A DNA stretch of 64,000 bases from NCBI RefSeq assembly GCF_022539665.2, contig NC_081331.1:6882001-6946000 (forward strand). Reading direction: 5' to 3'. Positions 52,316-64,000 of this stretch are shown one piece after another. Source of the DNA: Daphnia carinata (Eukaryota). Positions within the stretch are counted from its first letter, which is position 1; every line of letters begins with the position of its first letter. The notes beneath the pieces were generated by a model. It was not told the DNA's origin, did not search any database, and saw nothing but the letters and a program-made list of their open reading frames with translations. A program made the position numbers and the translations under genes.

Positions 52316-55300
52316 GTTGCGTGGTCCCTGTGTTTACCGACGTAATGTGAAACTTTCCAACAGGATCAGGCGATGCCCTCGTTGAAAACGGAGAGAGTCG
52401 TTCATCCGTGGCCGTTTTCTTACAAAGACTTCAAGATCTAGTATTTTTTTTTTTCCCTTTTCGATCTCTATTTCTTAGACTTTCAGCACGCCGGTGTGTG
52501 TGTGTGTGTACATAGTCTTTTAGTACTCCCCTTTTCTTTTCTTGTTTTTTTTTTTTTGCTATTTCTTATGTATTGAAATTGTAAGTCAGAAAAGAGCGTT
52601 TTGACACGGTCGATTGACCGTCTCCTCTTCGCTGGGGTCACGTCGGGTGGCACGCCTCACAGAAACAGTTAATAGACAAGGGGGGCCCGACCCCACCGGC
52701 GCGACTCGACGCTCCATTAAACCTCATTCTTCCCCTTCTTTATTTTTTTTCCCCCTCTTTTTCTTGAAGTAATAGTGTACTATTTTTCTGTCTCCGTCTT
52801 AAGAAGTTTACGATAAATTATAGATAAAAAAAAAAAAAAAGAAAAACGAGTACAAGTCTCAGACATTGGATATTAATGATGCGATTGTTATACACCGGTT
52901 CTTATATGGCCGTACCTATTTTTGCGCTCCCACTTCCCGTTCCCATAAAATATATTTGTAAAAAAAAAAAAAAAAGGGAATCTAATATTAAAAATCCCCG
53001 TGTCGAGAAACCACGAAGTCGAGCCCAGATAACAAACGAGGTAAGTCAAAAATAATAAAATAAAAAAACGTGTTATTTGTTGACGTTGCTGTCGCTATTG
53101 TTGTCCCCCGTCTTGTTGTCGTTTCTTTTTCGCTATTGACCATTTATCGCAATTGCTGATGAATTGTGTCAACCAGCGTGACTAACACGGTCGTGACTGA
53201 CATTTTGTAGAGGAAAAAAAAAAAAAAAAAATATTTATTTTCATTTACAATATTTTTATCGTCATCTTTCTTTTCACCTCATTTTTATTTATTTTCAAAA
53301 TAAAAGCGAATAAAAATAAAAAAAATAACGAGAGAACGATAAAGATGCGGCGAGCAGCTCAAAGTCCCTTTCCCGAAAAGACCCATACGATTCTTTCAGA
53401 TACGATCTATCCTACCATTCTTTATTGCACGCGGTACTATACTACATATATTTACACGTACAAAAAAAAATAAATAAATAAAAATACTATGTGTGTTGTA
53501 TATCGTTAAAAAAAAAAAAAAGAGAGAAAAAGTCCAATACGCCGCCAAGAACGGGGTGCGGAAGCAAAAAAAAAAAAAGAAACTAGGCGAAAGCAAAAAA
53601 AAAAAAAAAAAAAAAAAGGGTTGCGGCTTATTCAAAAACAAAATTTAAGGGAGAAAAAAAAAAAAAAAAAAAAAAATGGGCTGATACCGGACGCGCTCAC
53701 GCAATCCCTACATATCCACACATACAAGAAACGAACGGTCGTAAAATAGGAAAGAAAAAAAAAAATATAGACTCAAATAAGTTTTTCTACCTATAACACT
53801 TGAATGCTTTGAAAAATGTTGTTTGCCCACCATCCATTGGATTTTTCTTTTTTTCATCGTTTCAAACTCTTTTCATCTTTTCTTTCATCTTTTTTTTTTT
53901 TTTTTTTTGCTACGCACCCCTCACTAACGTACCGACTTTGTCGGCTCGGCTACAAAACTGAGCGCTTATTAGATAATGTAGCAATTAAAAAAAGAAAAAA
54001 AAAAAAGAAAAACGAGCTTTTCAAAAGACGTCACGAAAGAGGCAAACGGTAACGGACTTGAATGTGTGTGTGTGTGTTTCTATTGATAGTTTTTCACTGA
54101 CGCTTTTCGGCGTGTCGGAGTTTAACCCTACCCCCTGAATAAATGCGTGTTAAAAATAAGGAGACAATCTCCTGACTAAAAAAAAACAAAACAAAAAAAT
54201 CCTACTGAAGATGAAAGGCAAGAAAATGAATAAATTCAACTCTTCCGCTTTTTATCGCGTTTGAAAACAAACAAGAGAAATTTCGTCAATTCAATTCAGA
54301 GGAGATAAAACGAAGGAGAAGAATTTGAAGCAGCGTCTGCAGCAAAAAAAAAAAAAATAAATGAAGCGGACATTGCATTTTGTCTAAATAGCAAGCTGGC
54401 TAACTTGCGTTTCTTAACGTTTAAAGAAAGGGCGGTGTGTCTGCGAGAGAGACAGAAAACGGAAATGAAACGACACGACGTATTTATCCCGATCAACTTC
54501 CGGCTTTAATCGCATACAAACTGCGCCTTCGGCTAAATAGACGGGCGGGATAACAAGGTTCCGGGGCATGCCGGAATTCGTTAGCGTGCATCATCTATGC
54601 TTATATATACAGTATAAACAGCACAAACGTAGATGGCCAATTGACGGTGCGTGCAAGAGAAACGAGACTTCAATCCCCCTCTGAAAGTTGTTGTGCAAAC
54701 GCAGGAGATTGGATGCGATTTGCTGTTTGTCGGTTGTTTGCGACGCCAATACATAACAAGAAAGACACGTCACAAAAAACGAAAAAAAAAAAAAAAAAAT
54801 GCTCTCGCTGCTTAAATGGACGGATATTGCGTCGTCATCCGCTCCGTCTGGCTGCTGCCGCTGACGTCTTTTAATCGATTTCAATCAAGATAAGAAATAA
54901 AAATGACACAGCCGAGAGGATCTTCTTTTTTTTTTTTTTTTTTGCTTCGAAAGCGCGTTATTTTTCACCCGCAAATGGCCTGTCCTTTTTTACTCATTAC
55001 GGCAAAGAAAGAAAGAAAAAAAAGAATCCCATGAAATGAACGTTAGAAGGAGACACTGACGAATCCTTCGTCATCGATCAGCTGCCTCGTTCTCTCAATG
55101 TCTCATTAAGCGACAAATAAGCAACAATAGATTGTCCTCGCGAGGGCCATCTTTTCCTTTCCGCTTTCGTGAGCAAGGCCAACAGCGTCCGTTGTCATCT
55201 TTACACAGTGATTGTGCTCGCACTCGGTCCTCTCCGCTATTCTTTCTCTGTCTCAGCATCACGTTTCGTTCGTCTATATATATACGGTATATATATTTCT

Positions 55301-58300
55301 TTTTTTTTTTTTTTTTTTTCTTACGTGCCTGTCTCAAATCTCAACGCTGTCAAGGAAACCAAATGGAAAAAGGAGCAACTCTCCTTAACATTCAGTAAGG
55401 CAAACGGTCGGAAGCGGACTGAAGGGGGTATTTGCAATAAACACGTCAATCGTCAAACTGTTTGAGCCTGGCGCGTTAGAGCAGAAAATAATCCCGAGGC
55501 TATTCGATATATTATTTGAAAAAAAAGGAGGAGATAAAAAAGTTGTTGTATCTTGTCAATATTTTTCGTATGTTATTCGATAATAGAAGGCGGAGTTTAG
55601 AAAAAAAAAAAAAGAAAATATATTTCCGACACTTCCGGCCGTGTTTGCTTAGGGCCCCGTTCGCGAGATGAGAGGAGCTGCCAAGAGACGAGGAAAACGA
55701 CGCACTTTATTTTTCGCAGCTGAGCGATGAGGCCCGTTAACTTGTCGTCCGACGACGACGACATCGTCTTCTCACTATCTTTCGCTTGCCTTTCTTTCAA
55801 CTACTCTCCAGGGCGTCATCATCTTAGCTTTCAGCTAAAAACTTCCCCTTTTTTTTTTTTTTTTCTTTTTCAAATGTTCTATTGTAAATCCAACTCATCA
55901 TTCTTTGTTGTTTCTTCGTTCTCGCACGCCTCTCTCTCTCTCTCTCTCTCTCTCAACAACTCTTTTCTTTTTTTTTTTTTTCAAATAAAGCGCATGTATA
56001 TGAATCTCACTAATCAGCCGAGAGTTGATTGCTGCACGCTCTAAGCCCCTGGACGGCCTGTGGACAGCTTCGAATGAGTCGTGAAAATAACTTACTAAAA
56101 AAAAAAAGAAAAAAAAAAAAAAAAATGATCGCCCATTTTACGCTCTACTCCTGACGGGATAATATTCACGCGTTGTGAAATATTTGAAGAGCCCTCCCGA
56201 GCTGCCTTTCAATTCAAGAGCACCTCACAATCAGCCTGATGGAAACACGGCCATGATTACGAACGGGCGTAGTCCCGAGCAACATACAACTGACTCGCAT
56301 AACGTCTAACGTTATTTTTACATGTTTTTATTTATTTATTCTTTTTCTGTTGCTTCTTTTCCAATTCGAAAGGGAAAAAAAAAAAAAGGGAGGGGGGGGG
56401 ATACGGGAAGCCGACATGGAAATTGAGTAAAGGGCAGTTTTTACTAAGGCTTAACCTATCGGGGGTATATTGGTCCTCTTCAACAGCCTATAAAAAAAAA
56501 AAAAACAAGTTATATGAATGTTCGGTCGCCGGTTGTTGTCGCTGTTGACGGTAGAATGTCTCGCCTAACCGATTCCAATACTTTTTCTTCTTGTTGTTGT
56601 TTGCCGTGGAAAGAAATAAAAATTACAAAAGACGCGGCGACCCTTTTTTTTTTTTTTTTTTTTTTTTTTTCGTTCGTAACCGAAAAGAAAAAGGCCATTT
56701 TAAATTCCTATATCCCTTGGCACGCTGGAAATATTTTCCTTTTTTTTTTTTTTTTTCGTGACACGGAAACAACAACAGAACACCGAGAAAGACACACAGA
56801 GTTGAGCTTTTTTTTTTTTTTTGCGCCCATTCGTCGAAGGATGACGCGCTACATTGTCGCGCAAGCACGGCCGACTACACACACTGTTTGTATTGACGAC
56901 TACGTCACGTTCTGCCACGTCCTGTGGATTATTATTTTTTTTTTTTTTGAAAAATTCGTGCCTTCACCAACGAACTAGGAACTCGAGAAGCGTTGAACTG
57001 ACGCTTGAAAATAAAAAAAAAAAATGTGCAAAAAAAAAATACTCATCAAAAATGTGTAAGGCATTAGGACCTCTGCGCATAGGGGAAGCAGACGCTATTG
57101 AAAATGAAAAAAAAGAAAAAATCAAGTGGTGTGCCAACTAAAAAGGGGGTTCTGGCCAATGAGTGTAGGCTGTGTACAATTTCGAAGCTCTTCGTTCTTA
57201 AGAATACATTAAGGCTGTTGAAAATCACTTTCAATGCTTCCCGCGAAGCGAGCCATCACCACCGCCCCCCCCCAGCTCTTTCAGCCTCCACCCTCAGTCT
57301 CGTGAAGTCTGGCGTGAGGGGATGTTGATGGTTCTTCAATAGCGATGAGTCACGGAATCAGTAAACCCTCCCATCTCCGTTCGTCTGTCCTAACAGAAGT
57401 GAATTATTCGTATCTCTCCAAACAGTTGCAAAAGGGACGCGGGCCCAGTTCTAAGCGCAACGTCGACGACGTCTGCTAGCGGCAACCCGAAGATGCCCGC
57501 GTGTAAGGGCGTCGCTCCAGGGGCAGAGGCGCTTTGGTAACCTTCCCGTCTAACTCCGGAGGGAGCGGAGGGGATTTCAGAATAAAAAAATAGAGAAGAG
57601 CCCGGTGTTTTGTTATAAAAACTAGATTTGCACCGACGTGTATAGTCAACTGTTGTTGAGGGCTGATGGATAAACCGGTTAAAGACACAATAGAACTAGT
57701 TCCATCTCTCCCCGTGGTTCACTTTGGCCTCTCCCCTCACGTTTCTGCTTTTTTTTTTTTTTTTTGCTTTACGAAATCCCAGGACAAATTAGGTCCTCAT
57801 TGATTTAGAACGAGGGAAGGACGGGGGGAGGAGGGTTAGGTTGGTTATCTGTTTAGGTTCTACTCTTTTGAAGAGATCCGAATCGTTACTATTTGCGCTC
57901 ATCCGAATGACATTTGAGTAACAAGACGAAATGAACGTGAGCCCCCAACTTCAAAGACATACATTTTAAAAGCAAAAAAATAAAAATAAAAATAAAAATA
58001 CATATTAAAAAGCTATAAAAAGCAAACAAAACAAATGGAACAGAAATGCATCTGTAAAAAAAAAATAAAAAGAAGAGATGAGCAGACCGAAAAAAATAAT
58101 GTTTCAAGTGGGCATCGCGTTTCAGAAGCAAGAAGCGCTGTTTGATTCAAAGAACTATTTGGCTTCCGATAACTTCTCGTTCACGACGGAAGAAGGGTCC
58201 GCTTTTTCTTTTTTTTTTTTTTTCTTATCTTTATTTTTTTATTTATTTATTTTTTTTTTTTTTTTTGTTTCTTTTCGGGATCGTCTTCTTCATAGCCTTC

Positions 58301-59415
58301 ATCTATACATATAGTTGTGATTTATTCGTTCTTGGCTTTCACATATTAAAATATATCTATACGGCCTGTTCTTCAAATCCATTAACAGGCAATAAAAACG
58401 AACAAAAAAAAAAAAATAAAGCGGAGAATATATTATATACTGAATGCCCTGCTCTTTCAACTCTCTCTCTCTCTCTCTCTCGAGCGCGCGCGATGTTGTA
58501 TGTATTTAAAGAGGCGAAGCCGTGGAAGAAGCAAGATGCATTGCCTCTCTTTGGTGGTATAGAAAGAAAGGGCGGCATATACGAGATTCCTTGTCTTTTC
58601 ATCTTTGGAAAAAAAAAAAAAAATCGGAAATGATAAAAAAAAAAAAAGAAGAAGAAGGGAAGAAAAGAAAATAGAAGAAACTGTATAGCTATTCAATAAA
58701 AACGACTCGTATGTTGAAATATTTGGAGGAAGTTTATGGAACGATATGTTTCACCCTTTTCTCTTTTTTTTTTTTTTTTTTCCCTCTACAGGAAGGCAAA
58801 AGGAAAAAAAAAAAAAGAAAAAAAATGATGAAGGATAACGCAAAAATGGGTTCCAAATGGGCATTCCACTGGGTCGGTAGGGGGTCCAATGTTGGGCTGC
58901 TCGTCTCAGTTGTCGTTTTGGCCCACCAGCCTTTAACCAGCCCATCATGCCTACACGTCTGGAACTTGCAGTCTTCATAGCGTTCTTTCTATACACACAT
59001 TCTTTTTTATTCTATTTATTTTTATTTTTATTTTTTTTTTTGTTTCCCTTTTTTTTTTTTTTTTTATTTATTGTATACACTGGCTATTTCGTGAGGACCC
59101 TCTCTGTACCTTCAATGGTCTCGGCCTTCTTAAGATGAGGGGTCCCAAGAAAAAAAAAAAAAATGAAGAGAGGGGCGAGGGCGAAGACGGACGATATATA
59201 CCCCCTGGAACCGGGGGGGGGGTATAGAAAACATGGTCAACTTGTGTCTACAACCCCCTACTGTAAATCCGTCAGGTTTCCAGGGCTTCTTATTTCCCTT
59301 GTTTTGTTTTGTTTTGTTTTGTTTTTTCTTCCTCCTTTCCACCCTTCGCTTGTTCTTATTTTCATATTTGTCTGTTATTCCAAGTCTTCCGGATTATATG
59401 CCCCACTCTTTTTTT

Positions 59416-59435
59416 GGGGGGGGGGGGGGGGGGGG
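59416..59435 (+). repeat. G20 homopolymer (a G18 run also at 60219-60236)
   Basis: Directly visible. Confidence 0.85.
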
Positions 59436-61886
59436 CTGACTGTTCCACGCGTTTACGTTGCGGAGCAGCGTGTGTGTGTGTGTGTACGTTGCACAGTATG
59501 CGTGCGTGCTGTATAGGCTTCGTCTGTACAATACCAACAGTCTCAATAAACAAGGAAGACGAGCTACAGCACCTTCTCTATTATATACGAGGGAAAACTA
59601 TCCAGCACGACCACACGGGCACAAGGGGAGAAGAAGAAAAAAAAAAAAAAAATATGTGGAAGAGACAAAAGCGGGAGAATCGTTGTAATAAATAAACATA
59701 ACTTTTAGGACCATATTCTTTCCTCTTTTTTTTTTTTGCTTCTCATTCCGAGCAGGAGAAGAAAAAAAAAAGAAAAATAAAACAGATAGTAGTAGAAAAA
59801 CTTGGCGTCAGTGTTCAAACGACGTGGGGGAAAAACATCTGCAGAGAATCATTTTGAAAATATTCATTTAAATGATAATAATAACCAACAGTTTAAAGTC
59901 AACTGATATTTTGATGATGTAAAAATCCCTCGCGTCGTTTTTTTCAATGTTCCAGACATCGGTAGGCGGAAAATTAATTTCCTTTTATTAATTTATTTAT
60001 TTTTTTTTTGAAAGGAGGAGGAATTCTTTTTCTCTTAAGTTTGTCATCGGGAAGAAAAAAAAAAAAATGTTTAGACCCTGTTGAGGTCAAAGCGGGTCTT
60101 TCGGTTAGTGGCCACAGGACCGCAGTTTTGCTTTTATAATCTTCCGTGTTTTTGGACCCAAATATTTTCCAGGATTGTAAAACCATAAATTAAATTTAAA
60201 AAAAAAAAAAAAAAAAGAGGGGGGGGGGGGGGGGGGAGAACGGGACAAGAAAATCCAAGAAGATTTTCTTCCATGAAAAAAAAAAAAAAACGCGCAGTGC
60301 TGCGGAGATGGACGCCCCCGAGTAGAGGAAAAAAGAGGAGCAATATTTAAACAAAAAAAAAAAAAGTAATGGAGAAAAGGTGGCTGGGCAAAAATTTTCG
60401 AGGGATTCAACTTGCATAGTCAACAGCAAAACACGCACAAAGAAAACGGTATACAACGACTTGCGGCTTCCTCGAATTTCTTCTCGGAGAGACGTTCACA
60501 CACACACACACACACATAGTCAGAGGGGCCCTGTTCGGGTTAGTGGTGGGGCTCCTTTTTCCGTGGGTGGAAAGGCATTGAAGACCGAAGATCTTGGAAG
60601 AGTAACACGAAACTGTGGGTCATTGCTTGAAAGACGAGTCAACTTAATCTTCAAGATCCCTCAACTGCAACACACATTTCTTTTCCCTTTCTTTTCTTTT
60701 TTTTTTCCTTTCACTCTTCTTCGCCCTCCCTTCACTTGATCGACTGCGTCTCTTACCGTTGAGCTTCTTCTTCTACTGGGCACAGTGCGCTCTGCTTAAC
60801 AAAGAACACGCACGTAAACCTCCCCAAAAGCCAAACGTTTTTTTTTTTTTTCCTTTTTGCCCTTCTTTTTTATATTTTCCATCTTTTTCTTTTTTTTTTT
60901 TTTCTTGTAAGGCAACCTCGGCATGACGATGCCACGGTAATTTACTACTTCTCAACTGGTGGGACACGTTTTTTTTTTTTTCCGGCTGTACTCCGGCCGG
61001 AGCCCCGCTGAAAATAAACGGGCTGCAATGCGCGCTGATTGAGATCGTTTGGGGAAAAAAAAAAATACATTTCTTCTTCGTTCAAACGTTCGTATTTTCC
61101 TGTTGCCTCGTTCAATTCGAAAACTGACCAACTTCTATTTATAATGCGCAGTACAGTATAAATGTACACATTGTGTGTGCGTGTGTGTGTATATGGACTA
61201 GGGATGTATGTATAGATAGACATTCATATACAACATGTCAATAAACAAAATACACACACAAAAAAAAAAAAAGAGGCCTGAAATTTGTCTAGGATGTTCC
61301 TATATGCATGTCGGGCTTTGAAATAAAACAGAGTTGTCCAAGGAGAGGGCGCTCGAGGCCCATTTTCCTTTCGAAAATGACTTGATAAGGCGCCTCAAAC
61401 ATCTGACAGGTCAAGCCACAAAAAGTCATTAGCCCTGGCAGTGGGGCTTGATCTTTTTCCAAGAAAAAAAAAAAAAAAAATGTCAAACAAAAAAAAAAAA
61501 AAAGGAAATACCGTAGGCCTTTAGGTAGGGAAACTCTTATGGATGCAAACACAAACAAACCTCAAAAGGCCAAAAGAAAATGGGGGAGGAAGAAAAAAAA
61601 AAAGCGTTTGATTTAAAAAAGAACTTGAAGCATTCTGACGTTTGCTTCCTGATTGACAGTTATTTTTATGCATGCATTTTTTTTTTTTGGCAGTACTTTG
61701 CATAAAAATATGTCCGTCATCGTTTGTATTGTTTTCTTGTTATTACAATTCCCTTCGTATTACTTGTTTTTTGTTTTGTTTTTTCCCCGCTATGGCTCCG
61801 GTTTTCGACAGGTTACTCGCACGCACATCAAATCTGCATACTACTGGGGCGGACAACCTATTAGACAGAGTGGGTCTTCATTTTCA

Positions 61887-61922
<36 letters not shown>

Positions 61923-64000
61923 CCAAGGGGGGAAAAGATTGTTTTGCATTTATTTTCTTGGCAAGGTCGACGAGCGAATGGCGCCATTGTTCAAAATGCT
62001 AACTCCGCAAGTCAGTTTGGCATTGATTAGCCACATCTCTATTGCATAAAGTTGATACGAAAATGAAGAGAGCAAGTTTTTAGGGTGGAGTGGAACGCCC
62101 CGAGTGGCACTGATGTCAAAACAAAAGAGAAACACGAGATGAGCAAAGAGAAAAGACCTCATCTCAGTTTGTTTTGTTTTGTTTTTTTTTTGTTTTTTTT
62201 TTATACTTCCAAAAGTCGCCTCTATTGCGATTGCTTTTCTGTTCGGACACGACGTTCATCACGTCATTTGTTTGGATAGAGAGTGCGTGTGTGTGTGTGT
62301 GTGTGTGTCTCGTTTGCTATTCATTATTCGTGCGGTCTCATCCGTAGAGGATTGGGGCCAACCAGGGCTGAAGGGAACGGATAACGGGGAGAAGGAAAGG
62401 ACGAAAGATGTTGAGTCGTCGAACGTGACGTCACTACATCCTCGTTACTCGTTAAGCCAGTCATTGTCCGTACGTGAAAACCATCTCACAATAGCTCTCC
62501 CCCCGCTGTTTCCTTTCCTTTTGTACAACGTATCTCTTCCGTGCCGATGCCAGTCGGGCCCAACTATATCACTCGATACGTGATTGACTTCTCAGTTTAC
62601 CCAACGAGAGAGAAAAAAAAAAAAAAAAAAAGGGCGGACGGCCTAAGATCTTCAACTATCGCGGCCCAGCTGAACGTTTCCCTTTTCCCTCTTTCAAAAA
62701 TTCGAATATTTTATCCGTGTTCTAGTGACGTATTAATGTTTCAATCAGATGAGATCCCAAACGAGCTCTTTCTACCACTTCATCTTGTGCGATGATAGTT
62801 TTGATATTTTTACGATCGTGTCCGGATGACAAACATTCCCCCCCCCCTCTTGCTATTCATTGTTCCACGTCACGTTGTTTTTTGTTTTGTTTTTTTCTTT
62901 TCTTGTTCCTTCGTTAGTCTCTTATTTTTTGTGGTGATGTTGTTTTGTTGTTTTGCTACCAAAATGGGGGGGGGGGGGGGCCTTCGATCGCGCTAGTTTT
63001 TTTTTTGTTTTGTTTTCTCTCTCACTCTCGCACACACACACACACACACACTGCTCAAACTGCGCTGGCAACTCTCTACAATGTGTTGACCAAAGGAGAT
63101 CCATCACAAACATTGACATCCTCTCAGGCTTGGTCGGCTATGATGGATCTGGTCCCATTCTCTTTGGGATCTCTCTCTCCTCTCCTCTCCTCTCTCTCTT
63201 TTTATTTATTTTTTATTTTTTTTTTTTTTTTGGTTCTATTTTACCCTCGGTCTGCCTCTTTGGAGTTCCCCGTTGGATCGGGGTGAAGCTGACATTGGTG
63301 CCCCCGCCGAAATGCACACGGAAACAGCGAGCGCCAGTATCCGCCCACTGCGTGTGATATCGAAATCGATCGAATCAATGGACCTTCGCGTCTCCCTCCT
63401 GTCTCTCTTGTGCCTCAGCCACATCGAACGACTTGCAAGGACACATCGCTCAACTTGAAATGGAAAAAAACCTACATGGCGATTGACACTCCCAACCAAA
63501 AAAAAAAAAACAAAAAAAAAAAAAAGAGTTACCCCCAATAAAGTCACTTTCGCTCGGGGTTTATCGCATACACACTCGTTTAAAATAAATAGATATACAT
63601 GTATATAAAACAAGGCGTTATCAGTGTGACGTGTAGCAGCTGAAGAAAGTCGAGTTTCTCAGGTGGACAAACGAGAGACAAGTCCACGTCAAATGTTGAA
63701 GTTATGTCGTCTGACTTTTTCAGCAAAACTTTCATTAAATGTCAGTTGAGATAGAGTCGAGACAAAGTGTTCTAGTTGCTGAGCAAAAAAAAAAAACTCG
63801 TTATAGAGTGGCGTGTTGTCCACCTTTGTAAACCGGATGACATTGCGCATTTCAAAAATGTTTGTGTGTGTGTGTGTGTGTGAAAAATAAAAAAAAAATA
63901 TGTGTGCGGGGCGTGGCACGTTGCGGTTCACCTAGATGCTTCAGCCTTTCGCCTTTATACAGCCGAAGAGTTGTAGGCAAAAAAAAAAAAAAAAACAATT

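Larger units (their letters stand above)
35883..64000 (-). other. Large non-coding region, probably the first intron (or upstream regulatory region) of Ror
   Basis: The Ror exon at 35882 begins at a phase-1 acceptor (AAACAG|TG TGG GCG CAC, VWAH) with no signal peptide. No credible coding exon was found in 36-64 kb; the ORFs there are poly-K/F artefacts of A/T runs. Confidence 0.6.

Noticed and set aside
36100..64000. Dozens of 60-180-aa ORFs, some looking like membrane proteins or signal peptides (for example 44775-45320, 58142-58633, 51591-52121)
   Set aside because: Poly-F/poly-K and VC/HT/LS runs are translations of homopolymers and dinucleotide repeats. None showed an ATG plus hydrophobic core plus phase-1 donor, as required for the Ror first exon.

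Overview
This is eukaryotic, intron-rich arthropod DNA. The short 55-140 bp introns and the protein sequences suggest a branchiopod crustacean such as Daphnia; that assignment is inference. Four protein-coding genes can be spliced together by hand with consistent intron phases: aristaless/Arx (minus, 1701-16229), PIG-B GPI mannosyltransferase 3 (plus, 20704-22628), a DECR1-type 2,4-dienoyl-CoA reductase (minus, 23109-24226) and the receptor tyrosine kinase Ror (minus, 26973 to at least 35882). The Ror signal-peptide exon was not found, so 35.9-64 kb is probably one very large, homopolymer- and microsatellite-rich intron or upstream region. Between DECR1 and Ror lies a non-coding, nested foldback element (24320-25531, plus a partial second copy at about 25681-26280). 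It is built from inverted modules joined at GCTATAGC palindromes, and each outer arm carries a CTCF-like motif. The main observations are: (1) that element as a possible mobile insulator; (2) a probable second aristaless promoter (Inr plus exactly spaced DPE) that would switch an eh1/Groucho-binding N-terminus on or off; (3) a mitochondrial-family DECR1 with no evident presequence that ends in a peroxisomal SKL signal; (4) a Ror with intact catalytic motifs, an Ig domain and unusual extracellular inserts. No prokaryotic systems, CRISPR arrays, tRNA or rRNA genes were seen.
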